Part shown: positions 8,201-18,115 of the stretch, piece after piece
Layout of the letters: every line of letters begins with the position of its first letter
How positions within the stretch are numbered: position 1 is the first letter of the stretch
DNA from: Rhodocyclales bacterium
GTDB lineage: Bacteria; Pseudomonadota; Gammaproteobacteria; Burkholderiales; Rhodocyclaceae
Assembly: GCA_016235025.1 (NCBI GenBank)
Contig: JACRMV010000006.1
Span: 172,951 to 236,950 of the forward strand
Length of the DNA: 64,000 nt
Direction: 5' to 3'
Position numbers and translations under genes: made by a program
Notes under the pieces: model-generated
The model's input: only the letters and a program-made list of their open reading frames with translations
The model's database searches: none
Told to the model about the DNA's origin: nothing

Positions 8201-9132
8201 TGGCCCATGGCCATGGCCATGGCGGCATCGGTTCCCTGCTTGGGATGCATCCAGATGTCCGCCAGCTTGGCCACTTCCGAGTAGTCGGGCGTGACCGCGA
8301 CCGTCTTGGCGCCCTTGTAGCGCACCTCGGTGAAGAAATGGGCATCGGGTGTGCGCGTCTGCGGCACATTGGAACCCCAGGCGATGATGAAGGTGGAGTT
8401 GTACCAGTCGGCCGATTCGGGAACATCGGTCTGTTCACCCCAGATTTGCGGGCTGGCGGGCGGCAGGTCGCAGTACCAGTCGTAAAAGCTCATGCAGACA
8501 CCACCGATCAGGCTCAGGTAGCGGCTGCCTGCGGCATAGCTGACCATCGACATGGCCGGAATCGGCGAGAAGCCAATGACCCGATCCGGGCCATATTTTT
8601 TGATGGTATGCACGTTGGAGGCGGCAATGATTTCGTTCGCCTCGTCCCAGCTGGCGCGCACAAACCCGCCCAGCCCGCGCATGCTCTGATAGTCACGACG
8701 CCTGGCATCGTTGCCCGCAATCGAAGCCCAGGCCTCGACCGGGCCCAGGGTCTTTCTGGCTTCGCGCCAGGACTGCAACAGGCGGCCGCGAATCATGGGG
8801 TACTTGACCCGGTTGGCGCTGTACAGGTACCAGCTGTAGCTGGCGCCGCGCGCGCAGCCGCGTGGCTCGTGGTTGGGCATGTCCCAGCGGGTGCGCGGAT
8901 AGTCTGTCTGCTGGGTTTCCCAGGTCACTATGCCGCCCTTGACGTAGATTTTCCACGAGCAGGAGCCCGTGCAATTGACGCCGTGGGTGGAACGGACAAC
9001 CTTGTCATGCGCCCAGCGGTCGCGGTAGGCATCCTCCCACGTCCGGTCTTCGCCAGTGGTTGTTCCATGGCCGCCGGAAAATGCTTCCGCCGGAGTGGAA
9101 AAGTATGTCAGTCGATCAAGAAAATGGCTCAT
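5281..9132 (-). CDS. narG: Respiratory nitrate reductase alpha subunit
   Basis: MSHFLDRL..STHGVNCTGSCSW..EPRGCARG, GWAHYVGQEKLRP; start at 9132. Confidence 0.98.
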   Translation of the reverse strand: MSHFLDRLTYFSTPAEAFSGGHGTTTGEDRTWEDAYRDRWAHDKVVRSTHGVNCTGSCSWKIYVKGGIVTWETQQTDYPRTRWDMPNHEPRGCARGASYSWYLYSANRVKYPMIRGRLLQSWREARKTLGPVEAWASIAGNDARRRDYQSMRGLGGFVRASWDEANEIIAASNVHTIKKYGPDRVIGFSPIPAMSMVSYAAGSRYLSLIGGVCMSFYDWYCDLPPASPQIWGEQTDVPESADWYNSTFIIAWGSNVPQTRTPDAHFFTEVRYKGAKTVAVTPDYSEVAKLADIWMHPKQGTDAAMAMAMGHVILKEFYFGSEQNGLSNFSGGRSDYFDDYVRRYTDMPMLVMLKEHTLPSGETVMVPDRYVRASDFGDQMGQANNPEWKTVALDMTGKVALPNGAIGFRWGADGRLDAGQWNLEAKDARQGDAVKLKLTVMEGEHASTETAKVGFPYFGGIESEHFQHNTIKGENGDVLVRTVPVQRIALGAAGEDRFALVATVFDLQVANYGVARGLPGELAASSFDDDTPYTPAWQERITGAPREQVIAVARQFAENAHRTQGKSMVIIGAAMNHWYHSDMNYRGVINMLMLCGCIGQSGGGWAHYVGQEKLRPQTGWTALAFGLDWIRPPRQMNSTSFFYAHTDQWRYEKLGVEEILSPLADKRQFGGSMIDYNVRAERMGWLPSAPQLQTNPLQVVRDAQAQGLDVKDYAVKSLKDGSLKMSCEDPDHPGNWPRVMFIWRSNLLGSSGKGHEYFLKHLLGTSNGVQGKDLGHDAAKPREVTWHETAPEGKLDLLVTLDFRMSTTCLYSDIVLPTATWYEKNDLNTSDMHPFIHPLSTAVDPAWQSRSDWDIYKGFAKKFSEVCVGHLGVERELVLTPLMHDTPAELAQAMGVRDWKRGEVELIPGKTAPNMVVVERDYPNVYKRFTALGPLMNKLGNGGKGIAWDTKDEVTQLGQLNGLVTSEGVTQGMPRIESDIDACEMILQLAPETNGHVAVKAWQALGKQTGLDHTHLAIHREDEKIRFRDIQAQPRKIISSPTWSGIESETVSYNAGYTNVHEMIPWRTLTGRQQFYMDHSWMIAFGEGFASYRPPVDLKTTAGMHGIKPNGHPEIALNFITPHQKWGIHSTYTDNLIMLTLSRGGPCVWMSEDDATRAGIVDNDWIELFNINGAIAARAVVSQRVNPGMVMMYHAQEKTINTPGSEITGQRGGIHNSVTRIVTKPTHMIGGYAQFSYGFNYYGTIGANRDEFVIVRKMDRIDWLDTPASPSPAVSELAEGENT

Positions 9133-9165
9133 TGATAATCTCCACAAGTGTTCTTCGGACTCGGT

Positions 9166-10776
9166 TCAGGGATTTCTGATTTCAGCACCTTTGCGCAGGT
9201 AAAACCACCAGTTCAGTATCAGGCACAGCGCATAGAACACCGCAAAGCCGTACATCGCGTTTTCCGGGGTGCCGGCCTTGATCTGGCCCTTGATGACCTC
9301 CGGTGCGATGAAAGAGCCGTAGGCGGCGACAGCGGACGTCCAGCCAAGCACCGGGCCGGCCTGGACACGGTCGAAAATGACGCCGACGGTGCGGAATGTG
9401 GAGCCATTGCCAATACCGGTGGCGGCAAACAGGACGACGAACACCACGAGGAACTGGGTGAAGTAAATCTCCGGCGTTGCGGAATGATAGGCCTGCATCA
9501 GCGTATAGCCGGCAAAGGTGGAAGCCACCACCATCACCGCCGAAATGATCTGGGTAACGATGGAGCCGCCCACCTTGTCGGAAATCCAGCCGCCCACCGG
9601 ACGGATCAGCGCGCCGACAAAGGGGCCGATCCAGGCGTAGGTCATGGCGGAAGGCGCATTGGGGTTCTTGACGTGGCTCCAGACCTGGGTCGTGGCATCA
9701 AGCAGATGCCGCTCACCAAAGATGATCGTGATGGCGAGCGGCAGAGCCATCGAGAAGCCGATGAAGGAGCCGAAGGTCAGCAGGTACAGCACCGTCAGCG
9801 ACCAGGTGTGTTTGTTCCTGAAAATCGCGAACTGCTTGGCCAGATTCTCCTTCATGGTGCCGAACGCGACCAGCTTCATCATCCCCAGCGTGCCAACGAT
9901 GATCAGCGGCATCACCAGCCACATGCTCAGCAAACCCAGCCCGGTCGGCTTGGGCATGTAGAGGTACAGCCCGAGACCGGCCGGAATGAAAGTCAGGGTA
10001 TACAGCCAGGTGATCTTGATGAATGACATCAAGGTATTCCCGCTCTCGGGGGAAATCTGCAGCAGGTTGTTCATGCCGAACCAGCACAGTACCGACAGCG
10101 GGATCAGGGACAGCGCCCAGGCAAAGCCGGCGTTCTGGATGAAAGTTGGCGTACCGGCAGGAATCTTGCCGAGAATCCAGCCGCTGTCCTTCACCAGCGT
10201 CATCGGTTCGCCGCCTAGGGCGCCAAAGATGCCGACCGTCATTACCAGCGGAATCACTACCTGCATGGTGGTGACGCCGAAGTTGCCCAGTCCGGCATTG
10301 ATGCCGAGCGCCGTGCCTTGCAGGCGCTTTGGAAAGAAGGTGTTGATGTTGCTCATCGAGCTGGCAAAGTTGCCGCCGCCGACCCCCGACCACAGTGCCA
10401 GCATCTGGAACACCCACAGCGGCCACTCCGGATGCTGCAGGGCGACGCCGGTGCCAAGGGCGGGGGCCAGGAGCATGGCGGTGGTCAGAAAGACGGTGTT
10501 GCGTCCGCCGGCGAGGCGGATATAGAACGAAGACGGAATGCGCATGGTCGCGCCCGCCAGCCCGGAAATGGCCGTCAGCGTAAACAGCTCGTCCTTGCTG
10601 AACGGGAAACCCAGGTTGAGCATCTGCACCGTGATGATGCCCCACATCAGCCAGACGGCGAAGCCGCAAAGCAGCGCCGGCACCGAAATCCACAAGTTGC
10701 GGTAGGCGATGCGTTCCCCTGTCGATTCCCAGAACTTCTCGTCCTCGACGTTCCATTCCTTGATATTCGTGCTCAT
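9166..10776 (-). CDS. narK2: NarK2-type nitrate/nitrite antiporter (MFS)
   Basis: WNVEDEKFWES..RNLWISVP; nitrate signature GGGNFASSM; 12+ TM helices. Confidence 0.9.
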   Translation of the reverse strand: MSTNIKEWNVEDEKFWESTGERIAYRNLWISVPALLCGFAVWLMWGIITVQMLNLGFPFSKDELFTLTAISGLAGATMRIPSSFYIRLAGGRNTVFLTTAMLLAPALGTGVALQHPEWPLWVFQMLALWSGVGGGNFASSMSNINTFFPKRLQGTALGINAGLGNFGVTTMQVVIPLVMTVGIFGALGGEPMTLVKDSGWILGKIPAGTPTFIQNAGFAWALSLIPLSVLCWFGMNNLLQISPESGNTLMSFIKITWLYTLTFIPAGLGLYLYMPKPTGLGLLSMWLVMPLIIVGTLGMMKLVAFGTMKENLAKQFAIFRNKHTWSLTVLYLLTFGSFIGFSMALPLAITIIFGERHLLDATTQVWSHVKNPNAPSAMTYAWIGPFVGALIRPVGGWISDKVGGSIVTQIISAVMVVASTFAGYTLMQAYHSATPEIYFTQFLVVFVVLFAATGIGNGSTFRTVGVIFDRVQAGPVLGWTSAVAAYGSFIAPEVIKGQIKAGTPENAMYGFAVFYALCLILNWWFYLRKGAEIRNP

Positions 10777-10796
10777 GATATTTTCTCTTTCCTGGT

Positions 10797-12065
10797 TCAA
10801 ATGGAAGCGGATTGTTGTGCCACCTGGCTCCGGGGCTGGCGGTCAAGTTTCACCGGACGCACCTCGGTCCAGTACATCCAGAGCAGCGATACCCAGACGA
10901 TGCCGAACATCAACATGAAGGAGGAGGAGCGAACACCGGTGAGATCGACCAGCACCCCGAAAATGATGGGCATCAGGAAGCCGCCCAGCCCCCCGGCCAG
11001 ACCCACCACGCCGGAAATCACCCCGATGTTGTGCGGATAGTCATCCGAGATGTACTTGAACACCGACGCCTTGCCGATGGCAAAAGCGACACCCATGGTG
11101 AACAGGATGATGGTGAAGAGTGTGGCGTTAAGACCAATGTGGAAGCTTTGCGGGCCTTTGACGGTCTGGATGACGACCTCGGTTTGCGGATAGGACAACA
11201 GGAACAGGCACAACAGCGACACCCACAGCACCCACCAGGTGACCGTGTGCGCGCCGTACCTGTCTGAAAAATGACCGCCCACCGCGCGCAAGATGCCGCC
11301 CGGGATGCTGAATGCGGCTGCCATCAGCGCGGCGGTCTTGAGATCGAAACCGTATTCACCGATGTAGTACTTGGTCATCCACAGCGCCAGCGCCACATAG
11401 CCGCCGAAGACGATCGAGTAATACTGGCTGTACTTCCACACCTTCGGGTCCTTGAGCACCGCCAGTTGCTCGCGCATGGTGATCGTGCTGGCGACCTTGT
11501 GCGCCGGATCGGAAAAGCTGAAAAACCAGAACAGGACGGCCGTGACCAGCATCAGCACTGCATACACCTGCGGCACCATCGTCCAGCCGTAGGCCACCAC
11601 GATCGCCGGCGCGACCAGCTTGGTCACCGCAGCCCCCGTATTGCCAGCGCCGAAAATTCCCATCGCCAGGCCCTGGCGATTCTTTGGAAACCAGCGTGCG
11701 CAGTACGCGATGCCCACCGTGAACGAGCCCCCCGCCACCCCGACGAACAACCCGGTCACCAGAAATTGCCAGTATTCGGTGCACATTGAAATCAGGTAAA
11801 TCGGCACCACGGTGGACAGCATCAGAATGAAAAAGACCAGACGGCCACCGAAGCGGTCGGTCCACATCCCCAGCGGCAGGCGAATCAGGGAACCGGTGAG
11901 CACCGGCATGGCAATCAGGATGCCGAACTCGGTTTCATTGAGGCCCAGTGATGCCTTGATCGGGATGCCGATCACCGCAAACATCATCCAGATCATGAAG
12001 CACACCGTGAACGCCAATGTGCTTGCGACGACCACCGACCATGCCTTGTATTCCTGCGTTGCCAT
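10797..12065 (-). CDS. narK1: NarK1-type nitrate transporter (MFS)
   Basis: STLAFTVCFMIW..GSLIRLPLG..FGAGNTGAA; precedes narK2. Confidence 0.9.
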   Translation of the reverse strand: MATQEYKAWSVVVASTLAFTVCFMIWMMFAVIGIPIKASLGLNETEFGILIAMPVLTGSLIRLPLGMWTDRFGGRLVFFILMLSTVVPIYLISMCTEYWQFLVTGLFVGVAGGSFTVGIAYCARWFPKNRQGLAMGIFGAGNTGAAVTKLVAPAIVVAYGWTMVPQVYAVLMLVTAVLFWFFSFSDPAHKVASTITMREQLAVLKDPKVWKYSQYYSIVFGGYVALALWMTKYYIGEYGFDLKTAALMAAAFSIPGGILRAVGGHFSDRYGAHTVTWWVLWVSLLCLFLLSYPQTEVVIQTVKGPQSFHIGLNATLFTIILFTMGVAFAIGKASVFKYISDDYPHNIGVISGVVGLAGGLGGFLMPIIFGVLVDLTGVRSSSFMLMFGIVWVSLLWMYWTEVRPVKLDRQPRSQVAQQSASI

Positions 12066-12207
12066 GCTTTTCTCCCTCTTTGCTGCAATGCCGCAAGATT
12101 AGAGCAAATCGAAGGCTGCGCCTATTCTGCAGAAGGATTAGAAGACGACAGGAAAGGGACTAGTTCTTTTGGCCAGCACAGGCGTCCCTGATTTTCCAGC
12201 GGCCACA

Positions 12208-12232
12208 AAAAGTCGGCGTTGACGCTACGGCA
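12208..12232 (+). repeat. Dispersed 25-bp motif, copy 3
   Basis: AAAAGTCGGCG-TTGACGCT-ACGGCA, 10 bp beyond the narL stop. Confidence 0.75.
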
Positions 12233-12241
12233 AGCGGCAGA

Positions 12242-12901
12242 TCACCTGGATGCCAGGCCATGTTCCACCGCATACACCGCCGCATGCACGCGGCTGGAAA
12301 GATTCAGTTTGCGCAGGATGCTCTGGACATGAATCTTGACGGTGGATTCCGACAGATTCAGTTCGCGCGCGATTTCCTTGTTGCTGGCGCTTTGCGCCAG
12401 CAAGGCGATGACTTCACGTTCGCGGGGAGAAAGCTTGCCGGCGTCGGCGGCGGATGAGGCGACACCGGGGCTGGCTGGCGCCCGCATGGCATCGGCCAGC
12501 CGCGTCGCCATGTGCGGCGACATCACGGATTCGCCCAGCGCAGCGCGACGAATCGAGTCAAGCAAAAACGCGGTATCGATATTTTTCAGCAGGTAACCGC
12601 GCGCACCGGCACGCAGCGCATCCAGCAGGTCATCCGTATCTTCCGACACGGTCAGCATCACCACCTGGGCCGCCGGCACCTCCTCCGCCAGCAGGGAAAG
12701 CGCCTCCAGGCCGCTGATGCCAGGCATGTGCAAATCGAGCAGGATCACGTCCGGGCCCGACTGCTTGGCGCGCTTGACGCCCTCCAACCCGTCGCCTGCC
12801 TCATCGACCACGACAAAATCGGTCTGCCGCTGCAATACCGACTTGATGCCACTGCGAAACAAGGCATGGTCATCAATGATGAGCACACGTATCGGCTTCA
12901 T
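12242..12901 (-). CDS. narL: NarL-family response regulator
   Basis: IRVLIIDDH receiver, LSPREREVIALL LuxR HTH; coupled to narX. Confidence 0.92.
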   Translation of the reverse strand: MKPIRVLIIDDHALFRSGIKSVLQRQTDFVVVDEAGDGLEGVKRAKQSGPDVILLDLHMPGISGLEALSLLAEEVPAAQVVMLTVSEDTDDLLDALRAGARGYLLKNIDTAFLLDSIRRAALGESVMSPHMATRLADAMRAPASPGVASSAADAGKLSPREREVIALLAQSASNKEIARELNLSESTVKIHVQSILRKLNLSSRVHAAVYAVEHGLASR

Positions 12902-14415
12902 GATTTTTGCATTTCCTTTTTCGTCGCGCTGCCGCACAGTGCGAGATTCATTCGCGTTCCCCGCCCCGGGGACGATTCCAGCGTCAGGACAGCGCCAATG
13001 CGGTGCGCGCGCTCACGCATGATGCGCAATCCGACATGGGTATCGCCGGGATCGTGAGCAGCGTCGAAGCCGGCGCCATTGTCGGTGACAAGCAGCCCGC
13101 AGCCGTCGCCTCCTCTCAACAAGATATCGACATGGCTTGCCCGCGCATGCTTGCGGACATTGGAAAGGGCTTCCTGCACGATATGCATGACCTGAAGAAC
13201 ATGCTCCGGCGGCAGTTCGGGCAATGCCCCGTCGCGTTCGAAGCGGGTATGGATGCCGGTCTGCCCCTCGAACTTTTCCAGCGCGGAACGCAGAGCGGTT
13301 TCCAGATCCGCATCGCCGATGCGGGTGCGAAAATGCACCAGCAATTCACGCACATCGTCGTAACTTTCCTGGACGCCTTCGCGAATTTTCTCGAGCTCCA
13401 GCAAGGCCTCGGCGGTCAAGCCTTTTTTCAGGTCTTCATGCAGCAATTGCACCTGGATGTTGAGATAGGCCAGCGACTGGGCGATGCTGTCGTGCAACTC
13501 CTGCGCCAGCAGGTTGCGTTCTTCCGAAACGGCCATCACCTTGTCGCGTTCGGCGAGCTCGCGATTCTTTACTTCCACCCGCAGCGTCTCCTCCCGCACC
13601 CGCTCCTCGAGCGTGGCGTAGATATCCTGCAGCTGCGCCGCCATGCGATTGAAGCCCTCGGCCAGGTCGCCCAGTTCGTCCTGGCTGCTTACCGGCAGGC
13701 GCACGTCGAAATCGGCCCGGCTCATGCGCTGGATACCTTCCTGCAACCGCAGGATGGGACGTACCACCATGAGCGAGAACAGATACACCAGCAACGCCGT
13801 ACCGGCTACGGCCAGGCTCGTCAGGCCGAGCTGAAACGTGCGCAGCAGCGTGGTGGCCCGGGCGTTGCTGCGTTCGACCATGGATACCAGCCCATCGATG
13901 ACGCCGACGAAATCATCGACCGCCCGCCGATAGCCGGACAACAGGGCTGCCCGCTCCTCCACTTGTTGCGCATCGAGCATGCGGGTAATGCGTGGCTGAA
14001 TATCGCCTTGCCATACCTGCCGCATGCGGAAAACCTGCTCCTGCACATCCTTGTCCTTGGGCAAGGAAAGCGGACGCTGCGGATCGCCCTGCTCGAGATC
14101 GCGCAACACCTTCTCGAATTGCGCTACGTTGGTCTCGATCTCGCTCCGCAGCGCGCTGGAAGGCTGCCGTACATACTGAGCCAGCAGGAAGGCGATATGG
14201 TAGGAGCGCATCCGCTCGCTGCCGGCATCGTTGATGGCGGCAGCGCCCCCCTCCAGCCGCCAGGAAACGAACAGCGTGGAACCTATGGCAACCATTGCCA
14301 CGACAAAGTAGACCATCAGCAAACCGACGATCTTCTCGCGTATCTTCAAGGGGCGCAAGGCAAAGGCGCGGGGCATCCGGCGCGATGCTGCTTCGGCTCC
14401 ATATCGGTGGTTCAT
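12898..14415 (-). CDS. narX: NarX-family nitrate sensor kinase (short form)
   Basis: P-box AINDAGSERMRSY, HAMP, HisKA_3 ERNLLAQELHDSIAQ, DNGAGF; apparently no central GAF-like region. Confidence 0.9.
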   Translation of the reverse strand: MNHRYGAEAASRRMPRAFALRPLKIREKIVGLLMVYFVVAMVAIGSTLFVSWRLEGGAAAINDAGSERMRSYHIAFLLAQYVRQPSSALRSEIETNVAQFEKVLRDLEQGDPQRPLSLPKDKDVQEQVFRMRQVWQGDIQPRITRMLDAQQVEERAALLSGYRRAVDDFVGVIDGLVSMVERSNARATTLLRTFQLGLTSLAVAGTALLVYLFSLMVVRPILRLQEGIQRMSRADFDVRLPVSSQDELGDLAEGFNRMAAQLQDIYATLEERVREETLRVEVKNRELAERDKVMAVSEERNLLAQELHDSIAQSLAYLNIQVQLLHEDLKKGLTAEALLELEKIREGVQESYDDVRELLVHFRTRIGDADLETALRSALEKFEGQTGIHTRFERDGALPELPPEHVLQVMHIVQEALSNVRKHARASHVDILLRGGDGCGLLVTDNGAGFDAAHDPGDTHVGLRIMRERAHRIGAVLTLESSPGRGTRMNLALCGSATKKEMQKS

Positions 14416-15872
14416 TTCTGCTTGGCCAATTTCTTTTCCTCTTCCAGTCTCTGGCGGAGTTCGCGCAGCCGCGCATCCACCTGTGACTGCTCGTAGAAAC
14501 TGCCATCACCGGCCTTCTGTCCCAATTCCAGTTGCTCGATGGCCTCACCCAGACGCCCCTCCAGGGCATAGTTTTCCGCCTGTGCCCGATGTTGCTGCAG
14601 GCGCTGGCCAAGCGCGGCGTAGATTCGCGCCTGGAGTGCATACAGCGTGGCATCCGAGGGATAACTCAACAGATCGTCGTTCGTCACCCGGAGCGCTTCA
14701 GCCGGCTGATGCGCCATGAGCAGCGCGTCGACCAGGCCATAGACCACGCCCCGCTCCTGCGGATATTGCGCGTAAGCGGCACGGAGTATTTTCACGGCGC
14801 CGGCGGTATCGTTCTGCTTCAGGCGCAACTCGGCTGCCAGAGTTTCAACCATCGGCGAATGCGCCTTGAGGCGGCGCAATTCGTCTATCTGCTGCTCGCT
14901 CGCCGGCAGATTCCCGGATCGCATCAGCGCACGCGCAAGGCCATAGCGCACCGCAAGTTCGCTGCCGGAGAACTTTCGATCAGCCAGGCGGCTTTTGAAC
15001 TCGATCACGGCATCCTGCGCGCTGCCCTCTGCTGCCCGCAACTTCGCCTTCACCAGTTGAAACTCCAGCGAATCGGGCACCTGCTTGTAGCGTCGGCCCT
15101 GAATCCGGTTGCCTATGTCGGCCAGCCGTTCGGTGGTGAGCGGGTGAGTGCGCAGATACACCGGGGCGTTGCTTTCATAAAGCCGGCCGAATTTCTGCAT
15201 GCGGCCGAAAAAGTTTTCCATGCCGCGAATGTCATAGCCCGAGCGCTCCAGCAAACCCAGCCCGATGCGGTCGGCCTCGCGTTCGAAGTCGCGCGAATAA
15301 TTCAGCTGATTCTGGATTCCGGCGGCCTGGCCGGCCATTGCCACACCAACGGCGGCATCCGGATTGCTGCGCGCTGCCAGCACCGCCACAGCAAGGGCAA
15401 CCAGACTGGCGACCTGGCCTTGCCCCGATTTGTTGATCAGGCGCGCCAGATGATGCTGGGTAACGTGGGAGATTTCGTGCGCCAGCACCGAAGCCAGTTC
15501 GGATTCCGTTTCGGCGGCCAGGATCAGGCCGGTATGCACGCCGATGAAGCCGCCCGGCATGGCAAACGCATTCAGCGTCATGTCGTGCAGGGCAAACAGC
15601 TCAAAGCTTTGGGGTGAGCCTTCGATTTGCGCCGCCAGCCGGTTGCCGAGGCGATTGAGATAGGCATTGACTTCAGGGTCGCCAAGCCAGGCCGGGTCGC
15701 GGCGAATCTCGTTCATCGCTTCCTCGCCCACGCGCCGCTCCATTGCCGGTGACAGGTCCGCCTGGGAGGTCTCGCCCAGATCAGGCAAGCCCTCGGCCCG
15801 CAACGACGGCGGCGCGGCAAAGGCCAGCAGCAGGGAAAACAGCAACGGACGAACAAGCAGACGTGACTTCAT
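14412..15872 (-). CDS. bepA: M48 metalloprotease/chaperone with TPRs (BepA/YfgC)
   Basis: [34 protein letters not shown]; start MKSRLL.. with signal peptide. Confidence 0.88.
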   Translation of the reverse strand: MKSRLLVRPLLFSLLLAFAAPPSLRAEGLPDLGETSQADLSPAMERRVGEEAMNEIRRDPAWLGDPEVNAYLNRLGNRLAAQIEGSPQSFELFALHDMTLNAFAMPGGFIGVHTGLILAAETESELASVLAHEISHVTQHHLARLINKSGQGQVASLVALAVAVLAARSNPDAAVGVAMAGQAAGIQNQLNYSRDFEREADRIGLGLLERSGYDIRGMENFFGRMQKFGRLYESNAPVYLRTHPLTTERLADIGNRIQGRRYKQVPDSLEFQLVKAKLRAAEGSAQDAVIEFKSRLADRKFSGSELAVRYGLARALMRSGNLPASEQQIDELRRLKAHSPMVETLAAELRLKQNDTAGAVKILRAAYAQYPQERGVVYGLVDALLMAHQPAEALRVTNDDLLSYPSDATLYALQARIYAALGQRLQQHRAQAENYALEGRLGEAIEQLELGQKAGDGSFYEQSQVDARLRELRQRLEEEKKLAKQK

Positions 15873-15920
15873 CCCGCTATGATAGCGGCTCTCAAAAAAC
15901 AGGTTGTGACACGATATTTC

Positions 15921-16430
15921 ATGAAGCCCCCCAAACATCCTGAAGCCGGCGACTTGACCCACTTCGACACCGCCGGCCAGGCGCATATGGTCGATGTCGG
16001 CGCCAAGGCTGAAACCGCGCGTGTTGCCCACGTGCGCGGCTGCATTCGCATGCAGCCCGCAACCTTCGCCCTGATTGCCAGCGGCACGGCAAAAAAGGGC
16101 GACGTGCTGGGTATTGCCCGTATCGCCGCGATTCAAGGCAGCAAACGCACGCCGGACTTGATTCCGCTATGCCACCCGATCGCGCTAACTCGCGTTGTGG
16201 TGGACTTCACGCTTGATGCCACCGCCAGCCGTATCGGTATCGAAGTCACGGCCGAAACCGTCGGCCGTACCGGCGTCGAGATGGAAGCACTGACCGCCGC
16301 CAGCGTCGGTCTGCTGACCATCTACGACATGTGCAAGGCCGTCGATCGCGGCATGGTGATCGAGGACATCCGCCTGCTTGAAAAGGCCGGCGGCAAATCG
16401 GGACACTGGACAAGCGATGACCCTGCCTGA
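15921..16430 (+). CDS. moaC: Cyclic pyranopterin monophosphate synthase
   Basis: [36 protein letters not shown]. Confidence 0.97.
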   Translation: MKPPKHPEAGDLTHFDTAGQAHMVDVGAKAETARVAHVRGCIRMQPATFALIASGTAKKGDVLGIARIAAIQGSKRTPDLIPLCHPIALTRVVVDFTLDATASRIGIEVTAETVGRTGVEMEALTAASVGLLTIYDMCKAVDRGMVIEDIRLLEKAGGKSGHWTSDDPA

Positions 16431-17499
16431 CCACGCTACGGATTCCCGGCGTGGCGTGGCGTGGTGGCTGTTTGCCTGTTGCGCGATGGTGTTCGTCACG
16501 CTCGTCATTGGCGGCGTGACCCGGCTCACCCATGCCGGCCTGTCCATCGTCGAGTGGCAACCGCTGATCGGCGCCCTGCCGCCACTCTCCGAGGCGCACT
16601 GGCAGGAACTGTTTGCCAAGTACCAGCAAACGCCGGAATTTCTCCTGCGCAATCACGACATGACGCTTGATGGCTTCAAAACCATCTTCTGGTGGGAATG
16701 GGCACACCGGCTCTCCGGCCGCCTGATCGGCCTGGTGTTTCTGCTGCCCTACCTCTGGTTTCTCGCCAGAGGCCGGCTGCGGGGCATGCTGGCATGGAAG
16801 ATCGCCGGCTTTTTCGTCCTCGGCGGCTTGCAGGGTGCGATGGGCTGGTACATGGTCAAAAGCGGGCTGGTCGATGATCCGCGGGTTTCCCAGTACCGGC
16901 TGGCGGCGCATCTCGGGCTGGCCTTTCTCGTCTTCGGCCTGATGGGGTGGACGGCGCTGGGGCTGATGCAGCCGAGGCGTTCCGCCATCGCCGCATCACC
17001 AACGCCGACTTTTCCCGGCTCTGCTGCGAATGCCTCGCGCTTTACCCTGCGCCTGGGTGCCTTCCTGATCGGGCTGGTTTTCGTGATGGCGCTCTCCGGC
17101 GCGCTGGTCGCCGGCATCCACGCCGGGCTGGCCTACAACACCTTCCCGCTGATGAACGGTGCGTTCCTGCCGCCGGAATCCTTCCTGCTGGAGCCGGTGT
17201 GGCTCAACTTTTTCAGCAACATGGCGACAGTGCAGTTTGACCACCGCCTGCTCGCCTGGACCTTGCTGGCACTGGTACCGTGGTTCGCCCTGCGCGTCTG
17301 GCGTGATTTTCCTGACGCGCGCCCGGCAGCGATGGCCATGAGCCTGTGGCTTCTGTTCCAGGTCAGCCTCGGCATCGGCACGCTGATGATGCGCGTTCCC
17401 GTATCACTCGCCGCCATGCACCAGGCCGGCGCGATGATCCTGTTTGCACTGGTGATCTGGACCAACCATGCCATCCGGCGCGCGAATAGTCACTCGTAG
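16417..17499 (+). CDS. ctaA: Heme A synthase (COX15/CtaA type 2)
   Basis: [45 protein letters not shown]. Confidence 0.93.
   Translation: MTLPDHATDSRRGVAWWLFACCAMVFVTLVIGGVTRLTHAGLSIVEWQPLIGALPPLSEAHWQELFAKYQQTPEFLLRNHDMTLDGFKTIFWWEWAHRLSGRLIGLVFLLPYLWFLARGRLRGMLAWKIAGFFVLGGLQGAMGWYMVKSGLVDDPRVSQYRLAAHLGLAFLVFGLMGWTALGLMQPRRSAIAASPTPTFPGSAANASRFTLRLGAFLIGLVFVMALSGALVAGIHAGLAYNTFPLMNGAFLPPESFLLEPVWLNFFSNMATVQFDHRLLAWTLLALVPWFALRVWRDFPDARPAAMAMSLWLLFQVSLGIGTLMMRVPVSLAAMHQAGAMILFALVIWTNHAIRRANSHS
16989..17013 (-). repeat. Dispersed 25-bp motif, copy 4 (inside ctaA loop)
   Basis: AAAAGTCGGCG-TTGGTGAT-GCGGCG; encodes AASPTPTF. Confidence 0.75.
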
Positions 17500-18044
17500 C
17501 GAATCTCGATGATCTCCAGCTCGCGCAGGCCGCCAGGGCTTGCGAATTTCACGGTGTCACCTTCACGCGCCTTGAGCAGCGCACGCGCCAGCGGCGAAAT
17601 CCAGCTGATACGGCCTTCGCTGGCGTTGGCCTCGTCGATGCCGACGATCTGGTAGGTGACTTCGCCACCCTCGGCATCGCTTACCGTAACGGTCGCCGCA
17701 AAGAATACCTGATCGCAATTGGTTTGCGCCGCGGGGTCGATGACCACGGCCGACTCCAGCCGCTTGGTCAGAAAGCGGATGCGGCGATCAATCTCACGCA
17801 GCCGTTTCTTGCCATAGATATAGTCGCCATTCTCCGAACGGTCGCCATTGCCGGCGGCCCAGGAAACCACCTGCACAACGGCCGGGCGCTCGATCTTGAC
17901 CAGATGCTCGAACTCGGCACGCAGCGCCGCATGGCCACGCACCGTCATGTAGTTTTTTGTTCCGGCAGGCAGATGCGGCTGGAGAACCTCGTCCCCATCG
18001 CCCTCATCACCCCCTGCCGGCTCTTTGACAAACGCCTTGCTCAT
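17490..18044 (-). CDS. greB: Transcription elongation factor GreB
   Basis: MSKAFVKE.., NYMT, AAGNGDRSENGDYIYGKKRLREIDRR, ISWISPLARAL. Confidence 0.93.
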   Translation of the reverse strand: MSKAFVKEPAGGDEGDGDEVLQPHLPAGTKNYMTVRGHAALRAEFEHLVKIERPAVVQVVSWAAGNGDRSENGDYIYGKKRLREIDRRIRFLTKRLESAVVIDPAAQTNCDQVFFAATVTVSDAEGGEVTYQIVGIDEANASEGRISWISPLARALLKAREGDTVKFASPGGLRELEIIEIRYE

Positions 18045-18115
18045 GAGTCAACGCCGAGCCGTCGGCCATGCATGGCATGGGCTCACGGTCCGCAGCGGCA
18101 GGCCATCTGGATCGA

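Noticed and set aside
6589-9135. Long opposite-strand ORFs (also 29739-32423, 37595-40171, 45709-48639 and many shorter ones)
   Set aside because: Antisense shadows of well-identified genes, expected from GC-rich codon bias; no recognisable motifs.
12218-12233. TTGACGCTACGGCAA as an FNR box
   Set aside because: 15-bp rather than 14-bp spacing, and it is part of motif copy 3.
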